A program made the position numbers and the translations under genes. From the sequence record SRR22947725_2486: a stretch of DNA of 64,000 bases. One strand, written 5' to 3'. The notes under the pieces were generated by a model. That model saw nothing but the letters and a program-made list of their open reading frames with translations, was not told where the DNA came from and did not search any database. Below are positions 19,849-29,999 of this stretch, piece after piece. Each line of letters starts with the position of its first letter. The first letter of the stretch is position 1.

Positions 19849-20774
19849 ATGACTGTTGAGAAAAAAATATATTAAAAGGGATTAGAACTTCAAATTCGTT
19901 TTCAGGTAATACTACTTTTTTTCGACGAGATTTTGGAACTGACTTTGGTAATGCAGATGTGGTTATACAAGGTTTACCTTACGACTTAGGTGTCTCAAAC
20001 CGTCCAGGAGCCCGATTTGGTCCTCGCTCAATAAGAGAAGCAAGCTGTCAGCTCGCATGGGGTGAAGTATGGCCGTGGGGTTTTGATCCATTTGATAAAA
20101 TAGCTGTAATGGATACTGGAGACATCGAATATTCATATGGAAATTCGAAAGAGTTTTTTAGAAATGCGGCAAAACAAACAAACAAAATTGTTTCAGCAGG
20201 AGCAATCCCGTTCACACTCGGCGGTGATCATAGTATTTCTTCAGCACTATTAATGGAAGTCAGTAAGGCCCACGGTCCAGTTTCTCTTTTACAATTCGAT
20301 GCCCATGCAGATACCGGGATTGGCCCAAAGATCCAACACGGAGCGATGTTTAAGATAGCAGCAGATGCAGGAACTATTAATCCTGCAAAGTCGATTCAAA
20401 TAGGCTTAAGAACTCCCTTTAATTCTACTTTAGGTTTCAATACTATCACTGCTGTCGAAGCGATGTATCAATCTTCAAAAATACTAAGTGAAAGGATTGA
20501 GACTGTTATAGGGAAGTCAGCATGCTACGTTAGTATCGATATTGATTGTTTGGACCCATAACACGCTCCCGGCACTGGAACTCCTATACCAGGAGGGTTA
20601 ACAACCTTACAGTTGCTTGAAATCCTGCGTGCCTTAGGTGGAACCAAATTAAACATTGTAGGTTTGGATCTTGTCGAGGTTGCACCTGATTATGATCATG
20701 CACAAATTACTAGTTTAGCGGCCGCTCAAATTTGTCAAGAATCCCTCTGCCTGATTTCAAGAACTAAGCCATAG
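19849..20774 (+). pseudogene. speB: agmatinase/ureohydrolase pseudogene (frameshift plus in-frame stop)
   Basis: RBS and ATG at 19849 are out of frame across the A7 run at 19861-19867; RPGARFGP, GGDH and DAHAD motifs; DIDCLDP is followed by TAA at 20559-20561, then HAPGTGTP...DLVEVAP continues to TAG at 20772-20774. Confidence 0.85.
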
Positions 20775-20944
20775 CAGAAAAAAACTGTTTTAAAATCAAA
20801 ACAAATTTAATTAATTCATGAGTGTGAATTAATCTGTTAATTTTCTGAATTAGACTGTTTTCGCTTGAATTCAAAAACTTTATTTTGATAATATTTAATA
20901 AACAATGAGATATGAATTCCACATTGTAATTTGAGGAAAAAATT

Positions 20945-22153
20945 ATGACAAATAAACTACTTTCACCTTTGAAATTAAGAGATGTAGAGTTACCGAACAG
21001 AATAGTTGTATCGCCCATGCAAATGTATATGGCAAAAGATAACGGAGAATGCACGGACTGGCATTTAGTTCACTTAGGAAAGTTTGCAACAGGCAACTTT
21101 GGGACAGTTTTTACCGAAGTATTATGTGTGGAATCAAGGGGAAGAAGCACATACTCTGATGCAGGGATTTGGAGTGACTCACATATCCCAATGTTAAAAA
21201 AAATTGCATCATTCATACACTCTCAGGGATCAATCCCAGCAGCACAAATTGGGCATTGTGGACCGAAATCCTGTCGTCAGAGACCGTATGATGGACTTCA
21301 ACCATTAAGCAGCAAAGATGCAGAGAATGGTGAACCACCTTGGGAGATTGTTTCATGCAGTGCAGAACCTGCCGCACCAGGTTACGCAACTCCCCATTCT
21401 CTGACTGAGAGTGAAGTTAAAGAACTAGTAGTAGCATTTGGAGAAGCAGCAAGACGTTGTAATGAGGCTGGTTTTCAAGTCTTAGACGTTCACGCGGCTC
21501 ATGGTTACCTAATTCATTCTTTCTTATCTCCAATAAGTAATAGCAGAACCGATATATATGGAGGCAATCGAAAAAATAGAATGCGGTTCGCATTAGAGAT
21601 TGCTGAGGCCCTAAGAGAAAATTGGCCTGCTAATAAACCTATTTTGTTCAGATTATCTTGTATAGACCGGTTTGAAGGTGGACTTGAAATTGAAGATACA
21701 ATTAAACTGGCTAAAGAACTCAAGAATAAAGGCATAGACGCAATTGACTGCTCATCCGGTGGTATAAAAGGACCAAACTCTCTTTTTAGTCTTGCAACAA
21801 AATCGCCACCCACACCAGGTTTCCAGGTCCCATTATCAGAAGCTGTAAGGCATGGTGCAGAAATGGCTACTATGGCAGTAGGTATGATCATGGATCCACC
21901 TCACGCGGAGCAAATAATCTGTGATGGGCAAGCTGATCTAATAGCTCTTGGTAGAGAGGCATTGTTCAATCCTCACTGGGGTTTACACGCCGCGCGGTTA
22001 TTGAATGAAGGTCAAACATTTGATGACTGGCCTCCAAATATGGGGTGGTGGTTAGAGGTTAGGCAAAGAATGCTTTCATCAACTGACCCTAAAGATTGGA
22101 GAATAGGACCAGCCGCAGCGAATGCCCCCTTGCGGTCAAGTAAAAATCATTAA
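20945..22153 (+). CDS. NADH:flavin oxidoreductase (old yellow enzyme, YqjM/XenA-like)
   Basis: NRIVVSPM, HAAHGYLIHSFLSP, NSRTD.YGG and LGRE motifs. Confidence 0.92.
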   Translation: MTNKLLSPLKLRDVELPNRIVVSPMQMYMAKDNGECTDWHLVHLGKFATGNFGTVFTEVLCVESRGRSTYSDAGIWSDSHIPMLKKIASFIHSQGSIPAAQIGHCGPKSCRQRPYDGLQPLSSKDAENGEPPWEIVSCSAEPAAPGYATPHSLTESEVKELVVAFGEAARRCNEAGFQVLDVHAAHGYLIHSFLSPISNSRTDIYGGNRKNRMRFALEIAEALRENWPANKPILFRLSCIDRFEGGLEIEDTIKLAKELKNKGIDAIDCSSGGIKGPNSLFSLATKSPPTPGFQVPLSEAVRHGAEMATMAVGMIMDPPHAEQIICDGQADLIALGREALFNPHWGLHAARLLNEGQTFDDWPPNMGWWLEVRQRMLSSTDPKDWRIGPAAANAPLRSSKNH

Positions 22154-22205
22154 TAAAATTTCAAAAATAACGAATAACTTGGGTAAAAATTAAATAAGGG
22201 TTACC

Positions 22206-23498
22206 ATGACTAATAAGATAAAAACTAAAATTCTTCATGAAGTAGATAACTTGTTTAACGCAGAAACAGAGTTTTTACAAAAACTTGCATCACACCCCTC
22301 CACTAGAGGAAATGAACAGTCAGCACAAAAGTTTATGGCGTCTGAGCTTGCTGGGCGAGGGTATGAAGTTGATAGCTGGAAAGTTAATGTTGAAGATATA
22401 GCACATCTCCCTGGGTTTTCTCCAGTAATAGGCAATTATGAAGATGCAATTAACGTTGTAGGGTCGCATCGTAGCAAAACTAACCATGGTCGATCTTTGA
22501 TTTTAAACGGTCACATTGATGTTGTCCCTGAGGGCCCACTGGAAATGTGGGATACGCCACCATACGAACCACGTATCGATAATGGGTGGATGTATGGACG
22601 AGGTGTCGGAGATATGAAGGCTGGTTTGGCAGCAAACCTTTTTGCATTGGATGCAATACATGCTTCTGGTTATGCTCCAGCTTCTGATGTATTTTTTCAA
22701 TCTGTCGTAGAAGAAGAATGCACAGGGAATGGTGCTTTGGCATGTCTTCAGAGAGGCTATAAAGCGGATGCTGCCTTAATTACTGAGCCTTCTGAAGAGA
22801 AGCTATTTTCTTCACAACTGGGCGTTATTTGGTTTCAAGTGCATCTAAAAGGTATTCCAGTACATGTAGAACGTGCGGACTCTGGATCTAGTGCAATCAA
22901 AGCCGCAATACCATTAATCGCAGCTTTAGAAGAATTAGAGACCCGATGGAACGCAAAAGAAATAAGGCACCCAGAATTTTTAAATCATCATCATCCTTTA
23001 AATCTGAATGTTGGTAAAATAGCTGGAGGAGACTGGGTGTCTTCCGTGCCCGCCTGGTGTGTTTTTGATGTTCGTATGGCTGTATTTCCTGGAACAGACT
23101 TAAAAGTTGCCTGTGCTGAGATAGAGGATTGCCTAACTGCAGCGACCTCTAAAAATAGTTTCCTAAGAAATAACTCACCAGAGATAATCTATCATGGGTT
23201 TCAGGCAGAAGGTTACTCCTTAGCTGAGCACAACAAACCTGAAACAAAAATGGCTATTCAAACCTTAGAGACTGCTCATAAACTTGTCACAGGAGCTCCG
23301 CTTTCCCAAGTCCCATCAACAGCAACAACAGATGCCCGATTCTTTGGGTTATATGCCGACACCCCTGCCCTTGTATACGGCCCATACTCAGAGTCTATTC
23401 ACGGGTTTAATGAGCGTGTTGACCTAGAAAGTACTCTTAGGGTAACTCAAACCATTGCTTTATTTATTGCGGACTGGTGTGGGTTAGAACCAATCTAA
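22206..23498 (+). CDS. ArgE/DapE family M20 deacylase
   Basis: NGHIDVVP, GRGVGDMK, VEEE, TEP and HGFNE motifs. Confidence 0.92.
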   Translation: MTNKIKTKILHEVDNLFNAETEFLQKLASHPSTRGNEQSAQKFMASELAGRGYEVDSWKVNVEDIAHLPGFSPVIGNYEDAINVVGSHRSKTNHGRSLILNGHIDVVPEGPLEMWDTPPYEPRIDNGWMYGRGVGDMKAGLAANLFALDAIHASGYAPASDVFFQSVVEEECTGNGALACLQRGYKADAALITEPSEEKLFSSQLGVIWFQVHLKGIPVHVERADSGSSAIKAAIPLIAALEELETRWNAKEIRHPEFLNHHHPLNLNVGKIAGGDWVSSVPAWCVFDVRMAVFPGTDLKVACAEIEDCLTAATSKNSFLRNNSPEIIYHGFQAEGYSLAEHNKPETKMAIQTLETAHKLVTGAPLSQVPSTATTDARFFGLYADTPALVYGPYSESIHGFNERVDLESTLRVTQTIALFIADWCGLEPI

Positions 23499-23520
23499 GG
23501 ATCTACACAAGTTTCTTATT

Positions 23521-23985
23521 TTAATTTGCCCCCTTCAGAACATTTCTTTCTGTATTTACCGGTTTGTAATCTGGGTGAGTTTCATGTTTCTCTTTTATAT
23601 TTGTAGAAACAAATGGTGCACCTGAACGACAAAAAACTTCTCTATCTATCTTATACCAAAAAGATGGTGGATCATATGATCCACCCGCAACGCCTGTCAT
23701 ACCTTTAAAGCTTCCAACCTGCCAAAATAAAGAACTTCCACAATCTGAGCAAAACCTCACAGTCACGTCTCTTGCAGACTCTGTTTCATATTTATATTCC
23801 CTAAGGTTGCCTGAAATAACTTTTACATCTTCATCCTTAAAATAAATAGATATACCAAAAGAAGAACCAGTTCTTAATTGACAATAACGACAATGGCACA
23901 CTCCTGATCTCTCAGGATTACCAGTAGTTTCGTAACGAACTTTTCCACAAAGACATCCGCCTTGATGTACCTCTTTTCTACTCAT
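23521..23985 (-). CDS. GFA (glutathione-dependent formaldehyde-activating-like) Zn-binding protein
   Basis: GGCLCG, CHCRYCQ and FCSDCGS motifs; AGGAG RBS before ATG 23985. Confidence 0.88.
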   Translation of the reverse strand: MSRKEVHQGGCLCGKVRYETTGNPERSGVCHCRYCQLRTGSSFGISIYFKDEDVKVISGNLREYKYETESARDVTVRFCSDCGSSLFWQVGSFKGMTGVAGGSYDPPSFWYKIDREVFCRSGAPFVSTNIKEKHETHPDYKPVNTERNVLKGAN

Positions 23986-24054
23986 AATTATTCTCCTATT
24001 TTTTGATTGGATATTAAAAAATATATACTGCTTCAAAAGAAGTTTTCTCTCTTT

Positions 24055-25590
24055 TTAACCAGATTCTGGTGAAGCGCCTCCCTCCTCTTTAAACTTAATA
24101 ATCAGATCATTAATATTTTCTGCAATCTCCAAAGACCCTTTTGGCACAACATAATTATTTAAAGTTTCTTGCCAGACCTCAGTTGCTCTTTCGTCGGCTG
24201 TTAAACTTCCTTTAGCTTCCCAATTACCATGGTTTTCTAAATCAGCGACCAATGGAGAGTAGAACGCTGTATCAAAACGCTCCATAGTATGTTGAGTTGC
24301 AAAAAAATGACCTCCAGGAATGACATCTTCGATTGCAGTGTAGGCCTGGGAAGCATTATCTGCTAGGGTTGGCTCAAACATCTCAGCGATAGTTTGAAGT
24401 GCTTCAATATCACAAATAAACTTTTCAAACCCAAAAGTTAAACCTCCTTCCAGCCAGCCAGCACCATGTATAACCATATTTGCTCCGCCTAAAACTGCGC
24501 CCCAAACGCCCATAATATTTTCATGTGCGCCCTGCGCATCTGAAATATTTGATGCTGAGCCAGCAGCAGAACGCCAGGGAAGATCAATATAACGAGCTAA
24601 CTGTCCACCACCCAACTGCATTTTTAAATGTTCGGGAGTGCCAAAAGCTGGGCTACCAGATTTCATATCAACATTAGAAGAAAACCCTCCGTAACTCACT
24701 GGAGCCCCAGTCTTTGATAATTGAGACAAAACAATTCCAGCCAATGCTTCGGCGTGTTGGAGGACTAAGGCCCCTGATACTGTTACCGGAGCCATAGCAC
24801 CTGCTAAACAAAATGGAGTTATTATTGTCATTTGTCCTGCCCGTGCAAAATCTATTATTCCACGCGCCATTGGTATATCTAGCATTCGGGGTGAATTAGA
24901 GTTAATGACTGCCGAAACCCACACACCATTTGCAAAATCTTCGTCTGATAAACCAATGGCTGTTTGAATTATAGCAAAAGTTTGTTCTGTTTGCCCTTGA
25001 CCTCTCGCGTAAGCAGTCATCAACTTATCCGACAATGTAAGTTGAGCTTCTATCGTAGATATATGTCGTAAATTTAATGGGATGTCTTGAGCTTCTGGAG
25101 CCATTGGATTTTTATGAATTATATCAAAACTTTGAGCCAACTTAATTGCATCACGATAAGTATCTATTGATCCCGGAGCACGCCCTCTAATTCTATCAGA
25201 TACATTGGGGCACCCTCCAGCCGGTGCAAAAAGTAAGGTGCCCTCTTCATAAACTTGATTGCAAATGGGATTAGGCGCAAGTAATTTTATAGATGAAGGA
25301 GCAGACTTTAACGCTTCCTGCACTAAGTCAGGACCAATAAATACCATATCCTCGACGACCCTAGCTCCTCCGCTCTGATATATTTTCCTAGCCTCAGGTA
25401 ACAGAACTCTAATTCCAAGGTCTTTTAATACTTTCAATGAAGTATTATGTAAGTTTTCTACTTCATCATCTGAGTAAATTTTCTGTGGAGAGAATGAGTT
25501 TCTAAGTTGACGGTAGTCAACTTTTCGAGCCACAGGTGCCGCTTGCCGCTTTGCCCTACCCGTTCGTTTTCCCACTTTCACATCAGACAT
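24055..25590 (-). CDS. trimethylamine methyltransferase (MttB) family protein, non-pyrrolysine
   Basis: NSNSPRMLD, LAGAMAPVT, VDMKSGSPAFGTPE, HGAGWLEGGL and PGGHFF motifs; no internal TAG. Confidence 0.92.
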   Translation of the reverse strand: MSDVKVGKRTGRAKRQAAPVARKVDYRQLRNSFSPQKIYSDDEVENLHNTSLKVLKDLGIRVLLPEARKIYQSGGARVVEDMVFIGPDLVQEALKSAPSSIKLLAPNPICNQVYEEGTLLFAPAGGCPNVSDRIRGRAPGSIDTYRDAIKLAQSFDIIHKNPMAPEAQDIPLNLRHISTIEAQLTLSDKLMTAYARGQGQTEQTFAIIQTAIGLSDEDFANGVWVSAVINSNSPRMLDIPMARGIIDFARAGQMTIITPFCLAGAMAPVTVSGALVLQHAEALAGIVLSQLSKTGAPVSYGGFSSNVDMKSGSPAFGTPEHLKMQLGGGQLARYIDLPWRSAAGSASNISDAQGAHENIMGVWGAVLGGANMVIHGAGWLEGGLTFGFEKFICDIEALQTIAEMFEPTLADNASQAYTAIEDVIPGGHFFATQHTMERFDTAFYSPLVADLENHGNWEAKGSLTADERATEVWQETLNNYVVPKGSLEIAENINDLIIKFKEEGGASPESG

Positions 25591-25645
25591 AATAGCTTTT
25601 TATCTACTTTCTATTTTAATCACCAGAAATTCTCTTCACAAAACT

Positions 25646-27034
25646 CTAAAACCCGCACGGGCATAAACCAGGATGCACGGCACCACCTAGCTTTAACATT
25701 TTATCTGATAAAGTAGGGATGTGCGTTGCTACTGCCTCTAAAGCTTTGGTCTCATCAATGCCTATCACAACTCTATCCTTCATTACTATTTTTCCATTAA
25801 TTATACTGGTGACCACATCTGAAGCTCTAGCATAATAAGCGATAGACGCATATTCAGCATAGAATGGGACTAAATGAGGTTGATTTATATCAATTTGTAT
25901 TAGATCTGCTTTAAAGCCTTCTTGTACTTTACCAATTGAGCCCTCTAAACCGAGGACTTTTGCGCTGTTAGTGGTAGACCCAAACAAGGCCTCTGTACTG
26001 GTATAAGCTGTATGCTTTCCTTGTTTTAGTCTTATAGCGTTTAAAGCATTCCTCATTGCCTCAAAAGGATCATTCATCATCCAATCAGTCGCCAACCCCC
26101 ATTGAATACCCTTTTGTGTGATTTCAACAATGTCAGGATATACTCCTCTACGTGGGTAAATTGTTGAACAGTGTGCATATTTAACACCCTCACTGGCAGC
26201 AGCTTTTAAATCTGCCTGATCTGCATAAGTCAAATGTGCCAAAACAAGATCGTGATCTAAGACGCCAAGCTCCTGCAGGTATACAACTGGACCAACTCCA
26301 TATTTTGACCTTATATACGCAACTTCTCCAGCTGACTGAGCCGCATGGGTATGTCTACCCACTTTTAGTTTTTTTGCTTCAATATAAGCATTTTGGTGTA
26401 ACTCGGATGAACAAGTATCCGTAGCATGTGGACCGATACGTCCAGTAATAAGCCCATTACCTGCCCCACCCCATTTTTTTACAAAATCAACTCCGCGCTT
26501 AAGCCTCATATCAGCAGTTTTTGAACTATGATTATAATGGTTTAAATATAAATCCTCTAAGCAAACATCAAATACTTTATAAGCTATTTGTGCTCGCAGC
26601 CCAGCTTCTACGCAAATTTCAGCGAGAGTTTCCGGTTCATACCAGATATCATTTATCGTAGTGAACCCAGCCTTTATCATATCTAGAACGCCAACTCTAG
26701 CAAAGTCTCTCCACTGCTCTGTTGTAATTGTTGCCTCCGCTCTGAAAGCCACTGAATAAAGTGCCTTACCTCCCGCGCCATCATCACTTTGACTCCGAAA
26801 TACTAGTGATGCCGCATGACTATGACAGTTTACGAAGCCTGGCATTACTGCTTTTCCATCTCCTAAAATTATCTCTTTTGCATTCCACGACTTATTATTT
26901 AATTTTGGACCCGCATAAACAATTTGATCATTTATAATCGCAACTTCAGCATTTAGAATAATTTCTTCATTTGACATCATAGGATACAAGACATCAGCTT
27001 GAACTAATAAATCAATATCTCTTGGCTTTATCAC
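25646..27034 (-). CDS. metal-dependent amidohydrolase (MTA/SAH deaminase/chlorohydrolase-like)
   Basis: PGFVNCHSH, GPHA, HTH, LAH, GLATD and KADLI motifs; GTG start. Confidence 0.87.
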   Translation of the reverse strand: MIKPRDIDLLVQADVLYPMMSNEEIILNAEVAIINDQIVYAGPKLNNKSWNAKEIILGDGKAVMPGFVNCHSHAASLVFRSQSDDGAGGKALYSVAFRAEATITTEQWRDFARVGVLDMIKAGFTTINDIWYEPETLAEICVEAGLRAQIAYKVFDVCLEDLYLNHYNHSSKTADMRLKRGVDFVKKWGGAGNGLITGRIGPHATDTCSSELHQNAYIEAKKLKVGRHTHAAQSAGEVAYIRSKYGVGPVVYLQELGVLDHDLVLAHLTYADQADLKAAASEGVKYAHCSTIYPRRGVYPDIVEITQKGIQWGLATDWMMNDPFEAMRNALNAIRLKQGKHTAYTSTEALFGSTTNSAKVLGLEGSIGKVQEGFKADLIQIDINQPHLVPFYAEYASIAYYARASDVVTSIINGKIVMKDRVVIGIDETKALEAVATHIPTLSDKMLKLGGAVHPGLCPCGF

Positions 27035-27417
27035 TATCCACCCCCTGACAATAGAAATCTAAATTTAAGATCAATCAGACCTATCTCTAATGTGACTGCT
27101 GAGAAGCACTATATATATATTCACCATATATTGATACTGAATATTAATACTATAATGTTTTTATAATTCTCATTTTGAATTGCACTTTTTTGTAACCAAT
27201 AGACCATATTATAAGTTATTGACGTCTTAAAAAATATTTATGGATATGTATGTAAGCTTAACTCTATTTAATTTTCTCATAAGTTATTAATACTAGGAAA
27301 CATCAAAAAAATGACCATAAACTAGTAAAGAAATTCTCGTACTATCTATTTCTAATCAGGAATAATACCAAAAGACGTTAAATAAATTTATCTGCAAACA
27401 TAAGAAATAATAAATCT

Positions 27418-27933
27418 TTAAAAATCCATAAGTGAGTGGCAGCTTACACCTAAATCAGTTAATTTTTTCTCTCCACCAAGCTCGGGAAGATTAATGATAA
27501 AACCTGCACCTATTATATTTTTATTTGAGAATTTATTTATAAGGTCTACTGCGGCTATTGCCGTCCCTCCGGTTGCTAAAAGATCATCTATTATAAGTAA
27601 GTTTTTATGACCATCCAAAGCATCAGTGTGGATTTGTATTTCGTTGCTTCCATACTCTAAGTCAAAAGAAACACTATGTGTCGTGAAAGGGAGCTTATTG
27701 GGTTTCCTTAGTGGAATAAATGCTACTCCCATATTATATGCCATCGCCCCTGCCATGATAAAGCCACGCGACTCGATGCTTAAAATAGCATCAATTTTTT
27801 TATCAGACCATGCGGCGACCATTTCATCAATTATTTGAGCGAATAATTTATAATCCTGTAAAAGAGGCGTAATGTCTCTGAATTGAACTCCATCAATTGG
27901 ATAATCTGATATGGTTCGAACGAATTCTTTCAT
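27418..27933 (-). CDS. apt: adenine phosphoribosyltransferase
   Basis: GVQFRDITPLL, ESRGF, RKPNKLP, LEYG and IIDDLLATGGT motifs. Confidence 0.95.
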   Translation of the reverse strand: MKEFVRTISDYPIDGVQFRDITPLLQDYKLFAQIIDEMVAAWSDKKIDAILSIESRGFIMAGAMAYNMGVAFIPLRKPNKLPFTTHSVSFDLEYGSNEIQIHTDALDGHKNLLIIDDLLATGGTAIAAVDLINKFSNKNIIGAGFIINLPELGGEKKLTDLGVSCHSLMDF

Positions 27934-28151
27934 TACTTTACTCCATAATTATTTATTTTATTTTGAACGAATATTAATTAAATACTAAAACCCTACAAGT
28001 GATTCTGATGTAATTAAACTAATGTTGAGCAAGCTGATATATCAAAGCCATAAATTTAAGTGAGAAAATTTAAAAATTTGCAAATTAATGCTATGCAAAA
28101 AAAAAGCAGGCCTTATTATTGAATGCTAAATAATATTTTAATGGAGCCATT

Positions 28152-29999
28152 ATGCAAAATTCAAAAACTGTATTGATAGATAAAAACCCTGGACGAAACT
28201 CACAGACATATGGGATAGCCAGAGAACTTAATACAGAACTGGATCTTATTCATGAACCTTCAATTGGGGTTGTTGGCAATAAGGGTGACTCTCAATGTTA
28301 CATCGGAGTGCAAGAAAAAGTTCAAACTATTCATGAACAACTTAGACAAAAAATAGGTCTAAAGCCTGGTGATCTAAAAATGCGATTAGTTCAGCCAGAG
28401 TACACAATAGCAACCTCCGATGGTATCAGAAATGGTACCAAAGAAATGCGATACTCCTTAATAGGTAGAGAAGTTACAAACGACTCCATTTGTGAGCATT
28501 TAAGTGCAACAGGTTTGGAAGGTGTTATTGCTGTCGTTGCTTGCGATAAGCCTCCGGTCGGCACTTTGGCAGCGATTTTGGAACATAATAGACCTGCTAT
28601 TATAATGTCTGATGGGTCCATTAGACCTGGAGTTGATTCAAAAACAAAAGAAGCGATTGATATTATTACTGGTTATCAAATTGCTGGTAGTTCAGATGAG
28701 GAAACTAAAAAGAGGATTGCTTGCGAAGCTTGTCCTGGATTTGGAAGTTGTGGTGGGATGTTTACTTACAACACAATGCAAACATTTATCAGTGTTTTAG
28801 GAATGCAACCTCTTCATATGGTCTCTCCTGCTTCCCAAGACACACGTCGACTAGAAGAGTTCCCTAGCCAACTTATTGAATATTTATCAAAAATGATAAA
28901 AGATGAAATTACTCCTAGAGATATAGTCACGAGAGATTCAATAAGAAACGCCCTTATTGTGGCAATGTCAGTAGGCGGGTCTACGAATGTAATGTTACAT
29001 GCGCCAGAGTTAGCAAGGGCAGCAGGGTATAAAGATTTTTCAAAAGACATCATGAGCGCTGAAGAATTTAATCATCTCTCAAAAAATGTCATTCCAGTCG
29101 TAATTAATGCTCGCCCCTTTGGAAAATACTCAATGGTCGATATTGATGCCAAAGGAGGTATCCAAGTGATTGTTAAGGATTTATTAGAGGCTGGAATGTT
29201 GAATGGGAACACATTAACATGTACTGGCGAAACCTTAGCCGAACAAATTAAACGCCTTGATCCACCAGCTCCTGATGGAGACGTAATATATGCTGTAGAA
29301 AAACCATTCAAAAAAACAGGTGGACTGCGAGTTCTTGGCGGAAATCTTTCACCTGAATTCAGCGCTGTACTAAAGTTGGCTGGAGTCGAGGGTGGTTTAG
29401 AGAATAATATATTCTACGGTAAGGCCAGAATCTTTAATGGGGAACAAAATCTTTTAAATACGCTAGAGAAAGCACCCGAAAAATTTAAAAACTTTGATAT
29501 GATAGTTGTTCGTTATGAAGGCCCCGTTGGCGGACCAGGAATGCCTGAAATGTTAGACTCCACGTCTCGAATTACTTCTTTATGTCGAGAAAAAGATATC
29601 ATAGTTGGATTAATGACAGATGGTCGATTTTCTGGAGGCTCCGTTGGTTTAGTTATAGGGCACGTTGGTCCTGAAGCTGCAGTTGGTGGGGCAATAGGTC
29701 TACTTGAAGACGGAGATGATATTATTGTTGATCTAAACAAAAATGAATTAAACTGTACACAATTGTCGGACCCAACAATTCTGAAAGACCGCAAACAAAC
29801 ATGGGACAGTACTGTCTTAAAAAATGATGGCACTCACCCAGCAGTCGGTGACGCAGACACGAGATTATTAAATAGAATGCGTAGTTCCGCTGTATCAGCA
29901 GTTTATGGAGCCGGAATGCATCCAGACAGGAAATTATGGATAAGCAACCCAAGAGATATAATCAGTTCAGACTTCGAGCCAACCAACAAGTATAAATAG
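28152..29999 (+). CDS. dihydroxy-acid dehydratase (IlvD/Edd) family, divergent N-terminus
   Basis: SDG, ACDK, CGGMFTYNTM, GGSTN, RYEGP.GGPGMPEM, TDGRFSG and GHVGPEA motifs. Confidence 0.88.
   Translation: MQNSKTVLIDKNPGRNSQTYGIARELNTELDLIHEPSIGVVGNKGDSQCYIGVQEKVQTIHEQLRQKIGLKPGDLKMRLVQPEYTIATSDGIRNGTKEMRYSLIGREVTNDSICEHLSATGLEGVIAVVACDKPPVGTLAAILEHNRPAIIMSDGSIRPGVDSKTKEAIDIITGYQIAGSSDEETKKRIACEACPGFGSCGGMFTYNTMQTFISVLGMQPLHMVSPASQDTRRLEEFPSQLIEYLSKMIKDEITPRDIVTRDSIRNALIVAMSVGGSTNVMLHAPELARAAGYKDFSKDIMSAEEFNHLSKNVIPVVINARPFGKYSMVDIDAKGGIQVIVKDLLEAGMLNGNTLTCTGETLAEQIKRLDPPAPDGDVIYAVEKPFKKTGGLRVLGGNLSPEFSAVLKLAGVEGGLENNIFYGKARIFNGEQNLLNTLEKAPEKFKNFDMIVVRYEGPVGGPGMPEMLDSTSRITSLCREKDIIVGLMTDGRFSGGSVGLVIGHVGPEAAVGGAIGLLEDGDDIIVDLNKNELNCTQLSDPTILKDRKQTWDSTVLKNDGTHPAVGDADTRLLNRMRSSAVSAVYGAGMHPDRKLWISNPRDIISSDFEPTNKYK

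Noticed and set aside
20559-20561. Recoded stop (Sec/Pyl) in the agmatinase-like gene
   Set aside because: The codon is TAA, not TGA or TAG, and the gene also has a frameshift
20764-21054. Minus-strand 96-aa ORF, and the similar one at 43964-44206
   Set aside because: Low-complexity translations of AT-rich spacer plus antisense of real genes
24055-25590. Pyrrolysine-containing methyltransferase
   Set aside because: The ORF is uninterrupted and no pyl genes are present
28152-29999. Assigning the symbol ilvD
   Set aside because: The family is clear, but the divergent N-terminus and operon context leave the substrate uncertain
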